Source: a virus (lineage: Duplodnaviria; Caudoviricetes). From it: a DNA stretch of 43,191 bases. Every line of letters starts with the position of its first letter. Positions within the stretch are counted from its first letter, which is position 1. Positions 7,989 through 16,453 of this stretch are shown here, piece by piece. The stretch lies in the IMG/VR virus record IMGVR_UViG_3300048606_000021, positions 1 through 43,191 of that record, one strand, 5' to 3'. The notes beneath the pieces were generated by a model. It made no database searches and was not told the DNA's origin. It was given only the letters and a program-made list of their open reading frames with translations. The position numbers and the translations under genes are program-made.

Positions 7989-8287
7989 TCGGCATCCCCA
8001 AGCCAGTGAGCCGGGCCGGCGAGCGGCGCAAGACTCGGCGCGCGAAAGAGGACGCCTGGCAGAAGGTGCGGCGCCTCGTGCTGGCGCGTGACGGCCGCCG
8101 GTGCCGGGTCTGCTCAAGCCGGGATCAGATCGAGGCACACCATATCCGGTTCCGCTCGCTGGGCGGGACACATACGACGGCTAATACCGCATGCCTCTGT
8201 GCCGTTTGCCATGCGGACGTTCACGCCTACCGGCTCACGCTGAGCGGTAACGCTGATGCAATTCTTAAAATCGAAAGGGCGGCATGA
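7985..8287 (+). CDS. HNH endonuclease
   Basis: RDGRRCRVC...EAHHIRFRSLGG...NTACLCAVCHADVH. Confidence 0.9.
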   Translation: MIGIPKPVSRAGERRKTRRAKEDAWQKVRRLVLARDGRRCRVCSSRDQIEAHHIRFRSLGGTHTTANTACLCAVCHADVHAYRLTLSGNADAILKIERAA

Positions 8288-8655
8288 TCATCGAAACCCT
8301 GGAACCTGTGTGGAATGGATCTCTTGAGGCGCGCGGCTTGGCGCCTGGACTCTCCAGCTACTACGGCCGCAGCTCTCTGCACCATTCCGTCTCGTGGGCC
8401 ACAGTCGAAGCCCGCGAAGCCGACGAATCCGGCCGCGCCATCGCCGTCAGCGCCGAGGCGCCAGCGCGCCCAAGCTGGGCGCCGCCGAAACCCGCCGCCG
8501 CGCCGCTCACCAAAGAGCGCGAGGGCGCCGTCGCGCTGCTACTCCGCAAGGGCGTGAGCTATCGGAAGCTGGTCAAAGACTTCGGGATCTCGCTGAGCCA
8601 GGCCCGGCGCATCGCGCGCGAGATCGGCATGGTTCGCGGCCAGGTGGCCGCATGA
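8284..8655 (+). CDS. HTH-containing protein
   Basis: C-terminal GVSYRKLVKDFGISLSQARRIA. Confidence 0.6.
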   Translation: MIIETLEPVWNGSLEARGLAPGLSSYYGRSSLHHSVSWATVEAREADESGRAIAVSAEAPARPSWAPPKPAAAPLTKEREGAVALLLRKGVSYRKLVKDFGISLSQARRIAREIGMVRGQVAA

Positions 8656-8843
8656 CAAGGAAACCGCTCTACTGCACGGCCTGTCATACCAAATTCGATG
8701 AATCGTGCTGGCGCGCGTGGCAGCGTTGCCCGCTGGCGGCCTGTCACGGCGAATTGCGCGACACCTCCCCCGCAGGATTGGCGACACCGAAGCGCGAGCC
8801 GAAAGCGAAGATGGCCTATCCCCTGTTTGACGCCGCCGCGTAG
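8652..8843 (+). CDS. Small Zn-ribbon protein
   Basis: CTAC...CP...CHGEL; ATGA-coupled. Confidence 0.55.
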   Translation: MTRKPLYCTACHTKFDESCWRAWQRCPLAACHGELRDTSPAGLATPKREPKAKMAYPLFDAAA

Positions 8844-8851
8844 GTGGACGC

Positions 8852-9676
8852 GTGACGCCGTATTACCAAGACGATGCCGTAACGCTCTACCACGGGGACT
8901 GCCTTGAAGTTATGGGGTCCGTCGCGCCGATTTGCGATCACGCCATCAGCGATCCGCCGTACGGCCGGGACGTGTATCTACGAGCGGCGGCGGTCTACAC
9001 GAAAGCCGGTAGCGGCACGCCCAAGCGGATGGGCCTAAGCGAGCAGAAGCGGCGCGGCGGCGCTTTGCAGAAAATGGCGAATGGCGACATCGGCGCGATT
9101 GACGATCTAATCGTGCCGGTGGCTGGTTTGCTGGCCAAGTTGGTATCTCGATGGGCTATTGCGTTTTCCGACGTGGAGAGTTGTCACGCATGGCGCTCGG
9201 CGTTTGACTCGGCCGGAATGCGGTACGTGCGAACCGGGGCATGGGTCAAGCCCGACGCCATGCCTCAAATGAGCGGCGACCGGCCAGGCACCGGATTTGA
9301 GCCCTGTACTATCGCGCACGCGCAAGGGCCGATGCGCTGGAACGGCGGCGGGTCGCTGGCGACATGGACGCATTTTACCGCGAAGGGCGCCGGGCGGCCG
9401 GAAGGTCATCCTTGCCCAAAGCCGTTACCGCTCATGGTGCAGCTAGTCAAGCTGTTCACCGATGCGGGCGAGACAATCCTTGATCCGTTCGGCGGTTCAG
9501 GCACGACAGCCGTTGCCGCAAAACTGAACGGCCGCAAGTGCGTCCTAATCGAGCGCGAGGAAAAATATTGCGAGATCGCGGCTAATCGACTACGGCAGAC
9601 CTATACCGGGCGACTCTTCGACAAGTCGCCGAAGGCTAAGCCGCAATCCCTACTCGACGCCGAGACAGCGGCATGA
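8852..9676 (+). CDS. Beta-class N6-adenine/N4-cytosine DNA methyltransferase
   Basis: LYHGDCLEV, SDPPYG (motif IV), HPCPKP, ILDPFGGSGTT (motif I). Confidence 0.92.
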   Translation: MTPYYQDDAVTLYHGDCLEVMGSVAPICDHAISDPPYGRDVYLRAAAVYTKAGSGTPKRMGLSEQKRRGGALQKMANGDIGAIDDLIVPVAGLLAKLVSRWAIAFSDVESCHAWRSAFDSAGMRYVRTGAWVKPDAMPQMSGDRPGTGFEPCTIAHAQGPMRWNGGGSLATWTHFTAKGAGRPEGHPCPKPLPLMVQLVKLFTDAGETILDPFGGSGTTAVAAKLNGRKCVLIEREEKYCEIAANRLRQTYTGRLFDKSPKAKPQSLLDAETAA

Positions 9677-9861
9677 CGGGCTGCGATTGCGCTGGGTGCT
9701 GCCAGGCGTCGATCTGCGCCGGCTGCCAGCGCGAGATTGACGAGCTCGAGACGCGCCACTATGTGACCAAGCCGGAGCCTGACGGGCTACTGCACACGCG
9801 CGATGTCGCTGTCGGGCCGTTCTGCGAGTCCTGTCTGGCGACGCAAAAGGCGGCGGCATGA
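9673..9861 (+). CDS. Cys-rich hypothetical protein
   Basis: Multiple CxxC; ATGA-coupled. Confidence 0.55.
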   Translation: MTGCDCAGCCQASICAGCQREIDELETRHYVTKPEPDGLLHTRDVAVGPFCESCLATQKAAA

Positions 9862-10151
9862 GTCTCTACCGGATCGACGCCCGCCGAGACGCCAACGAAC
9901 CCGCGATCGTCCAAGTCCTCGAGCGCCGCGGCTACGTCGTGGATCGTGTCAGCGCGAAAGGCTTCCCCGATCTCGTGGTGAGCAAGCACAAGCAGGCATG
10001 GTTTGTGGAGATCAAACAGCCCGGCAAGTCGTTCACGCCAGCACAGGTCAAATGGCGGATCCGATGGCAGGGGCCGACGCCGATCACGCTTCGCACCGTT
10101 GACGAAGCGCTAGCGTTTCCAGAGATCGCCGCGGCGAAGGCCGCCGCATGA
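9858..10151 (+). CDS. VRR-NUC (PD-(D/E)XK) nuclease
   Basis: DANE...GFPDLVV...FVEIK...TPAQ. Confidence 0.85.
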   Translation: MSLYRIDARRDANEPAIVQVLERRGYVVDRVSAKGFPDLVVSKHKQAWFVEIKQPGKSFTPAQVKWRIRWQGPTPITLRTVDEALAFPEIAAAKAAA

Positions 10152-11386
10152 AATATCTCAGCGTGTGCAGCGGGATAGAAAGCGCTACGGTCGCATGGCG
10201 CCCGCTCGGTTTTCGCGCGGCGGCGTTCGCCGAAATCGAAGCGTTTCCGTCTGCGGTCCTGGCGCATCACTACCCGTCCGTGCCAAATCTCGGCGATCTG
10301 ACCAAGTTCAAGGAATGGCCCGATGTCGCAATCGATCTTTTCGTGGGCGGAACGCCCTGTCAGTCGTTCTCCGTTGCCGGCCTCCGCGCCGGGCTCGCCG
10401 ATCCCCGTGGCAATCTCGCACTCACATATCTTGCGGTGGCTGAACGCTATCGGCCCCGCTGGTTGGTTTGGGAGAACGTGCCCGGCGTGTTGTCGTCTGG
10501 ACGCGGACGGGATTTTGGTGCCTTTCTCGGGGGGCTGGGCGAGCTCGGGTATGGGTTCTGCTACCGAGTGCTTGACGCTCAGTATTTCGGCCTGGCCCAG
10601 CGACGGAAACGTGTGTTCGTTGTCGGCTATCTTGGAGACTGGCGACGTGCCGCAGCGGTTCTATTTGAGCGCGAAAGCCTGTCGGGGCATCCTGCGCCGC
10701 GCCACGAAGCGCGACAAGAAGTTGCCGGCCCAATTGGAGCGGGCTCTAAGCGTAGTGGCGGGCGTGTCGGACGCCGGGAAGCCGCAGCCGGCCACGTAGT
10801 TGCCTTTAGCGGCAACAACGCGGCTGGCCCGATTGACATTGCTACAGCAGTTAACGCGCACGGCGGCGCGTGCGGCCGGATGGATTTCGAGTCTGAAACC
10901 TTTATCGCGCACTCGCTGCGTGGCTCAGGCTTCGACGCCTCAGAAGATGGCACAGGACGCGGCACGCCGCTGATTGCCTTCGACACGACGCAGATTACGA
11001 GCAAGGCCAACTACAGCAACCCGCAACCCGGCGATCAGTGTCACCCGCTCGCGGCCGGCGCGCATCCTCCGGCCGTGGCTTTTGCGAATACGGCCGGCGC
11101 AACGAATCTCGGTTACGCCGAGGAACAGGCGCCGCCGATCACCGGACGACACGGCGATCCCGGCAACGTCATGAGCGGGATGCGGGTTCGGCGCCTCACG
11201 CCGCGAGAATGCGAACGGCTCCAAGGCTTCCCCGACGACTACACGATGATTCCCTATCGCGGCAAGCCGGCCGCAGACGGCCCGCGCTACAAGGCTCTTG
11301 GCAACTCGATGGCCGTGCCGGTCATGCGGTGGATCGGGCGCCGCATCCAGGCGGCCGACGCCGCGATCCACGAGTCCGCTGCGTAG
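10148..11386 (+). CDS. C5-cytosine DNA methyltransferase (alpha chain)
   Basis: LSVCSGIE, GGTPCQSFS, WENVPG, AQRRKRVF, RRLTPRECERLQGFPD, YKALGNS. Confidence 0.95.
   Translation: MKYLSVCSGIESATVAWRPLGFRAAAFAEIEAFPSAVLAHHYPSVPNLGDLTKFKEWPDVAIDLFVGGTPCQSFSVAGLRAGLADPRGNLALTYLAVAERYRPRWLVWENVPGVLSSGRGRDFGAFLGGLGELGYGFCYRVLDAQYFGLAQRRKRVFVVGYLGDWRRAAAVLFERESLSGHPAPRHEARQEVAGPIGAGSKRSGGRVGRREAAAGHVVAFSGNNAAGPIDIATAVNAHGGACGRMDFESETFIAHSLRGSGFDASEDGTGRGTPLIAFDTTQITSKANYSNPQPGDQCHPLAAGAHPPAVAFANTAGATNLGYAEEQAPPITGRHGDPGNVMSGMRVRRLTPRECERLQGFPDDYTMIPYRGKPAADGPRYKALGNSMAVPVMRWIGRRIQAADAAIHESAA
10323..10799 (+). CDS. Nested out-of-frame ORF, putative M.EcoHK31I-beta-like subunit
   Basis: +1 frame inside the MTase; AAGGA SD at 10310-10314; CSLSAILET...PQRFYLSAKACRGILRRA...LP..LE.AL motif. 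Confidence 0.65.
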   Translation: MSQSIFSWAERPVSRSPLPASAPGSPIPVAISHSHILRWLNAIGPAGWFGRTCPACCRLDADGILVPFSGGWASSGMGSATECLTLSISAWPSDGNVCSLSAILETGDVPQRFYLSAKACRGILRRATKRDKKLPAQLERALSVVAGVSDAGKPQPAT

Positions 11387-11451
11387 ACGCAAGCCCCTAT
11401 ATCTAGTTGGCGCGCAAACGCAAACACACAGCGTAAAATTAGACTGCCCCA

Positions 11452-13500
11452 TTGTCCCATCAAATCCTAAACAGGTTCGACCGACTCACGAAAACCGGCG
11501 ATGGTTGGACCGCGCTTTGCCCGTCCCATCCTGACAAGGCGCGGTCACTGTCGCTTGCGGTGCGCGATGGCAAGGTATTGATCAAGTGCTTCGCCGGCTG
11601 TTCGGCTGAGGCCGTAGCCGCCGCGAAGGGCCTTACTATGGCGGATCTGCGCGTGGACAAGACCGAGGCCACGCCGCCGGGGCGCATCACGGTAGAAAGC
11701 CTGGCCGCGAGCAAGGGCCTCCCGCTCACGGCGCTGACCCGCTACGGCGTGCGCTCGGCGAAGGACATGCCGCCGGCGGATCGGCTTAAGCACGGTCTGA
11801 GCGCGAGCGATGGCGTCTGGATCCCCTACTTCAACGCGGACGGCTCAATCGCGGGCCGGACCAGGCTCAGAACCGCGCATGTCGCCAAAGACGGCTCGCG
11901 GTGGCTGGGCACGTTCGGCGCACCGACCGCCTACGGGCTGCATGATCTCGCCGACGCTAAGGCACAGGGCATGCTGTGCGTCTGCGAAGGCGAGTCCGAT
12001 TATTGGACATTGCGCGAGCTTGGCGTCCCCGCGCTGGGCCTACCTGGCGCCAACATGGTCCGCTGTCTCCAGCGCGAACACCTAATAGGCGTCCAGGCCC
12101 TCTACGTGCTTCAGGACAGCGACGCCGCCGGGGCCGGGTTCGTCTCTGCCGTCCGGCAACATGTCGCATCCTGGGGGCTGGCAGGCGTCTACGCGGTGCC
12201 TGTGCCGGGGGCGAAGGATATCAACGAACTGTACCGGAAAGACCCCGCCGGGGCCGCTGACCGGCTCATGGCGCTGCTGGCGACGGCAGCGGCCACGGAT
12301 GCCCCGGAGGTGCGCGAGTTCTCCACCGAGGGCGACATTTACACGTTTACCGCGCCGGAATACGGCTTACGGATCGAGCTGGATCAGATCCGCCGCGCAT
12401 GGGGCGAGCTCCGCGGCGAGATATGGGTATCCAGCGACGCCGAAGGGACGCTGACGCGCGGCACGGTCAGCTTGTCGGACATCGAAAAGCGCGGACGTTT
12501 CGCGGACCAACTCAAGAAACGCAGCACGTTGCCGGTGGACTGGCCGGGCGTCTATGAGGATTTCGCGCTCCGTTGTCTCGAGGCCGAAAAGACCGGCGCG
12601 CCCGGCGTCTGGCTGGACGAAGTAGCGCCCCGGCCGCCGGATATGTGCGTCGAAGTGTGCGGATTTGAACTGCCGCTCGATCTGCCGGCGTGCCTGTTCG
12701 GGGACGGCGACACCGGCAAAAGCTACATCGCACTCGAATTGCTCAGCGAACTGACCCGGCGCGGCGTCGTGTGCGCGATCGTGGATGCCGAGATGGAGGC
12801 CAGCGTTCACGCGGCCCGGTTGCTCGATCTGGCGCAAGGGAAGCGCCCGCGCATCGCGCATTTGCGCCTTGATCGGCCGCTGGCGCTGTCGGTGGATCAT
12901 GTCCGGCGTTTTGTCCGCGATCGTCAGGTGCGCTACGTGGTCTATGACTCGGTGGGATTTCTGACGCCGGAGCCCGAAAAGTCTGAGTCCGCGCTCAGCT
13001 ACATGCGCGCGGTGCGCCAGGTGGGCGCAGGGAGCCTGTCCATCGCGCACGTCACCAAGGGCCAGGAGATCAAGCCCGAGCAACAAAAGCCCTTCGGGAG
13101 CAATTTCTACTATCAGAGCTTTCGACGGATCTGGTACGCGCAGGCCGAGTCTGAGCCGGACGGCGACGGGCGCAAAGTGATCGGCGTATGGGACCGCAAG
13201 GCCAACACGGCGCGCAAGCGGCCCCCGTTCGGGCTCGCACTCACGGTGCGCGACGGCTACGCCAGCGTCGCCCCAGCGGACTTGGCGCAATCGACCGAGC
13301 TGACCGACAAGCTACCCCTCTGGCGGCAGCTACAGGGCATCCTACGGTCAGGACCAGCCACTCTGGAGGACTTGGCCGAGCAGACCGGCAAGTCGGCTGC
13401 AACGATCCGGACGACCATGAGCAGGCTCAAGCAGGTCTTTACGATTACCGTCGTCGGCGATGAAAACATGTGGGCGTTGGAGTCCCGCCGCGATGCGTAA
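11452..13500 (+). CDS. Primase-helicase (Zn finger, TOPRIM, RecA-like/AAA_25 ATPase, C-terminal wHTH)
   Basis: CPSH...CFAGC; CEGESD, DSDAAG, KDINE; Walker A GDGDTGKS, Walker B VVYDS; C-terminal TLEDLAEQTGKSAATIRTTMSRL. Confidence 0.88.
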   Translation: MSHQILNRFDRLTKTGDGWTALCPSHPDKARSLSLAVRDGKVLIKCFAGCSAEAVAAAKGLTMADLRVDKTEATPPGRITVESLAASKGLPLTALTRYGVRSAKDMPPADRLKHGLSASDGVWIPYFNADGSIAGRTRLRTAHVAKDGSRWLGTFGAPTAYGLHDLADAKAQGMLCVCEGESDYWTLRELGVPALGLPGANMVRCLQREHLIGVQALYVLQDSDAAGAGFVSAVRQHVASWGLAGVYAVPVPGAKDINELYRKDPAGAADRLMALLATAAATDAPEVREFSTEGDIYTFTAPEYGLRIELDQIRRAWGELRGEIWVSSDAEGTLTRGTVSLSDIEKRGRFADQLKKRSTLPVDWPGVYEDFALRCLEAEKTGAPGVWLDEVAPRPPDMCVEVCGFELPLDLPACLFGDGDTGKSYIALELLSELTRRGVVCAIVDAEMEASVHAARLLDLAQGKRPRIAHLRLDRPLALSVDHVRRFVRDRQVRYVVYDSVGFLTPEPEKSESALSYMRAVRQVGAGSLSIAHVTKGQEIKPEQQKPFGSNFYYQSFRRIWYAQAESEPDGDGRKVIGVWDRKANTARKRPPFGLALTVRDGYASVAPADLAQSTELTDKLPLWRQLQGILRSGPATLEDLAEQTGKSAATIRTTMSRLKQVFTITVVGDENMWALESRRDA

Positions 13501-13510
13501 TCGCGATGGC

Positions 13511-13678
13511 GTCAAAACCATGACAGGGGGTGTCAAAACCCGTATAACATGGCCCCAAAACCGTATAACATGTTTCACATTGGCAAATAACATGTTTTGC
13601 GTGTTATATAACATGTTTTTTATTGGCATTTCTGAGCGCGTAACATCTCTCTCCCCCTGTAAGGGGGAGATGTTACGC
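13511..13678. other. Putative replication origin
   Basis: AT-rich; ATAACATG at 13544, 13565, 13587, 13608 (21/22/21 spacing); GTCAAAACC x2; hairpin 13638-13678; directly after primase-helicase. Confidence 0.7.
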
Positions 13679-13694
13679 CGATGCGGAATTGATC

Positions 13695-13724
13695 TTGACG
13701 TTGACGCAAAGCAGCGCGTAAGAT
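13695..13724 (+). promoter_or_regulatory. Promoter with operator-like site
   Basis: TTGACG-N18-TAAGAT, 5 nt before ATG 13730; TGACGT-TG-ACGCAA at 13696-13709. Confidence 0.6.
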
Positions 13725-13729
13725 GGGCC

Positions 13730-13912
13730 ATGGCCAAAGCACGGAAGCCGCCCAAGTCTGACGTAATCGAGACAGCCAGGCTTCCCGAGCGTTGCCCAAA
13801 GGGCTGGTGCGCGCCGGTCGTATGCGAGCAGGGGGCCGAGGGCGTCTGGCGCGTGAAGTGTCCGCGCTGTGACTGGAGCGCCAAGTACGCCATCGCGACC
13901 AAGGCGGCTTGA
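13730..13912 (+). CDS. Small Zn-ribbon protein
   Basis: MAKARKPP...CPKGWC...CPRC. Confidence 0.6.
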   Translation: MAKARKPPKSDVIETARLPERCPKGWCAPVVCEQGAEGVWRVKCPRCDWSAKYAIATKAA

Positions 13913-13914
13913 CA

Positions 13915-13943
13915 TTGCGTGAACGCAAAGCACACGGTATAAT
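13915..13943 (+). promoter_or_regulatory. Promoter with perfect palindromic operator-like site
   Basis: TTGCGT-GA-ACGCAA at 13915-13928; TTGCGT-N17-TATAAT. Confidence 0.7.
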
Positions 13944-13957
13944 GGAGTTATAGCGCA

Positions 13958-14224
13958 ATGTCTTACTGGTACGAGACGCAGGAACGCGCGTTCGCTCCCA
14001 ACATCGCCGATGGATGGCCGATGGTGATTGCAGCGCCACACACGAAAAATGGTCGTCTCGTGCGCCGCGATGGCGACCCGGCCGAACTACTCGCGGCGCT
14101 GAGGGCTCTACGTATCGACGCAAAACGGCTATGCGATCGGCAACTCGGTGGCAGTTACGAGGCTGACTGCCGGCGCGCGATTGCGGTCGCTGATGCCGCT
14201 ATCGACAAGGCCGAAGGTCGATGA
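13958..14224 (+). CDS. Hypothetical protein
   Basis: GGAG SD; PELLAAL...ADAAIDKAEG C-terminal motif common in phage early proteins. Confidence 0.65.
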   Translation: MSYWYETQERAFAPNIADGWPMVIAAPHTKNGRLVRRDGDPAELLAALRALRIDAKRLCDRQLGGSYEADCRRAIAVADAAIDKAEGR

Positions 14225-14448
14225 TTCGCTACCCCATCGTCGCCATCCACAACATCAGCCGCCCCGGCCATGCGGCTGCAATGGGCGATGACATTCAGGT
14301 CGAGACGACTGGCGGCCTCGTGCGTCGCGTGGACCCCAAGACTCGTCTCGCGTCAGACGCTCCGCAAACATTCTGCGTGCAATACGGTCGCGCCTTAAAG
14401 ACGGTAAGCGTGGAGCCATTCACGCTTCCGAAGGACTGGCGCAAGTGA
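14221..14448 (+). CDS. Hypothetical protein
   Basis: ATGA/GTGA coupled. Confidence 0.55.
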   Translation: MIRYPIVAIHNISRPGHAAAMGDDIQVETTGGLVRRVDPKTRLASDAPQTFCVQYGRALKTVSVEPFTLPKDWRK

Positions 14449-14927
14449 CCGACTCCGCTCCAGCCACAGAGACACCAACCAAGCGCCACGCGCCGCGCGG
14501 TCGTCTCAAGGCTGCCGATGTCAAGAATTTGACAGATGACCCCATGGGGAGTCCAGACCTTACGCGGGTTGGTAAATGCACGGCACGCAGCAAGACCAGT
14601 GGCGGGCTCTGTAGGCAGCCGGCGATCCTTGGCGGCACGGTCTGTCGGTATCACGGCGGCGCGGCCCCACAGGTCAAGCTCAAGGCCCTGGAGCGGTTAG
14701 CGGCGTATCAGGACCGGGCCATTGATCGGCTGTTTACGCTCGTGGAGCAGACGGATTATCCATCAACGGCCATGACAGCGGTGCGCGATGTGCTCGATCG
14801 CACGATGGGCAAGCCGGTGGAGAAAGTAGACATGACCGTCAGCGGTGAAGTCTCGGTCGTGACGGCCAGGTTACAGGCGGCGCGGCTACGGCTCGCGCGG
14901 CCGATTACCCCGCCGGTGACGACATAA
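14445..14927 (+). CDS. Terminase small subunit (putative; HGG-motif Zn domain)
   Basis: CTARSK...CRQPA...VCRYHGG; LDRTMGKPVEKV; upstream of TerL. Confidence 0.65.
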   Translation: MTDSAPATETPTKRHAPRGRLKAADVKNLTDDPMGSPDLTRVGKCTARSKTSGGLCRQPAILGGTVCRYHGGAAPQVKLKALERLAAYQDRAIDRLFTLVEQTDYPSTAMTAVRDVLDRTMGKPVEKVDMTVSGEVSVVTARLQAARLRLARPITPPVTT

Positions 14928-14946
14928 GCCTTTTGGGCCTGTTTTT

Positions 14947-15174
14947 ATGAATTCAGCCAATGACGCGTCCTCTCGGATCCTCACCCTGGAAGCGGAACGG
15001 GACGAGGCAGAGAACAAGGCGCAGGCCGAGATTGTGTTTTGGGAGCGCAAGGTTCACGCCTTGGAATCCCAGCTCACAGCGCTGCAACAGGAGAACGAAA
15101 CGCTTTTACGCGAACTGGGGAAACCGGCGACATCGACCGATGGCAACCCGCATTCACCGACCGGGAAGGCTTGA
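14947..15174 (+). CDS. Hypothetical coiled-coil protein
   Basis: ORF in TerS-TerL insert. Confidence 0.5.
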   Translation: MNSANDASSRILTLEAERDEAENKAQAEIVFWERKVHALESQLTALQQENETLLRELGKPATSTDGNPHSPTGKA

Positions 15175-15176
15175 AC

Positions 15177-15392
15177 ATGCCAAAGACGGAGGATCATCCC
15201 TCAGCGCGGCGACGTATTCGTGAGGTAGCGAATCGGTTTTTGGCGGCCAGGAAGGCACACGCGCTAGCCAGCGAGCGCATGTGGATCGGCACGCTGGTTG
15301 TGGAATTTACCGACGAGGATTTAGATGTGTTCCGGAGCCTGAACTACCTCAACGGGATCGATGAGGCGCTTATTAAGGCGGCGAAGCGATGA
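15177..15392 (+). CDS. Hypothetical protein
   Basis: MPKTEDH...; ATGA-coupled to 15389. Confidence 0.5.
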   Translation: MPKTEDHPSARRRIREVANRFLAARKAHALASERMWIGTLVVEFTDEDLDVFRSLNYLNGIDEALIKAAKR

Positions 15393-15622
15393 CACTTACG
15401 CAGGCCGCTCGTGGTTACGTTCGGGATCAACTCGCCATCATGGAACGGCATGGGTCACGGCCGAGACTTGGCCGCCAGCGGTACTGGCAACTCGTGCGCG
15501 ATGTCGTCGCCGTGACAACCCGAATGCAGACGCGGAGATCCTGTCCGACGAACAGGGTAAGGCGACGAATGGCGCGCAGAGAACGTAATTGTCGTCCGAG
15601 GGGGACAGGCGAGGGAGTATGA
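15389..15622 (+). CDS. Hypothetical basic protein
   Basis: ATGA-coupled chain. Confidence 0.45.
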   Translation: MTLTQAARGYVRDQLAIMERHGSRPRLGRQRYWQLVRDVVAVTTRMQTRRSCPTNRVRRRMARRERNCRPRGTGEGV

Positions 15623-15777
15623 AGTTCCGCCATCGACCGGTCTGTCTCCTGTTCCACTATCTGCGCCATTACGTGTATTCGACTCACGACGCCGATAGTG
15701 TGACGTTCTTCTGTCAAAAGTGCGGACTATATCGAGTGTTGCTGCACTCAGTTGCGCTCCCGGAGTTGCCGCGATGA
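15619..15777 (+). CDS. Small C/H-rich protein (DUF1660-like)
   Basis: GGGAG SD; VCLLFH...FFCQKCG. Confidence 0.5.
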   Translation: MKFRHRPVCLLFHYLRHYVYSTHDADSVTFFCQKCGLYRVLLHSVALPELPR

Positions 15778-15872
15778 AACGAGAAACCGAGCAAGAGAAA
15801 GCCGCTCGCGAAGGGTTCACGGGACTCTGCATTTTCCTTCTCATGATCTGGTGGGAAGCATGGCAGCGATGA
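15774..15872 (+). CDS. Small hydrophobic peptide (32 aa)
   Basis: MKRETEQEKAAREGFTGLCIFLLMIWWEAWQR; ATGA-coupled on both sides. Confidence 0.4.
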   Translation: MKRETEQEKAAREGFTGLCIFLLMIWWEAWQR

Positions 15873-16453
15873 CCCTTCCCTGCGGCTGTCACTTCGATAA
15901 CGAGTGGCGTTTCTGGTTGAGCCCATATTGCACGATTCAGCATGTGACTGACGATGCCAATCGAGCCGTCGCGTGCGTGCGCTGTCACCAGCAGAAAGAC
16001 ATTCCCACTGGAACTGTCTGCGCGCACTGTCTTGTGGCTGATCCGTCACTCATCGAAGTGGTTCAAGAGAGTCGAGCGATGATGCGAGCAGCGATGGAAT
16101 CAGCACGAGCGATCGACGCGCGGCTCACGGATTCGGAGCTAGGTATATCGGACGGCTCCGCAACAGATCAACTACACGCGCTCAGTATCATCATGGCTAA
16201 AGTCGAACGCCAAGATGCTGAAATAGAACGACTTTCCTCCTCTCGGCTCACCGCCCTCCAAGGAGCGCTGGAGGAGATCACTGCTGCGTGTGAGGCCGAC
16301 TGCGGCGGATCCATCACCGACGACTGCTCAGACGATGAGCCTGTTGGATGGGGCGACGAACACCCGATGGCCCTCACGTTCGGCATGATGCGTCGTGCGC
16401 GTGCTCTACTGTCTGCCGTCCTCGCCTCCCCCCAACGCCAAGACACGAAATGA
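15869..16453 (+). CDS. Hypothetical Cys-rich protein
   Basis: ATGA-coupled at both ends, including to TerL. Confidence 0.5.
   Translation: MTLPCGCHFDNEWRFWLSPYCTIQHVTDDANRAVACVRCHQQKDIPTGTVCAHCLVADPSLIEVVQESRAMMRAAMESARAIDARLTDSELGISDGSATDQLHALSIIMAKVERQDAEIERLSSSRLTALQGALEEITAACEADCGGSITDDCSDDEPVGWGDEHPMALTFGMMRRARALLSAVLASPQRQDTK

Noticed and set aside
13460-13729. N-terminal 90 codons of the 150-aa ORF
   Set aside because: Runs through the iteron/hairpin region; promoter position supports a start at 13730
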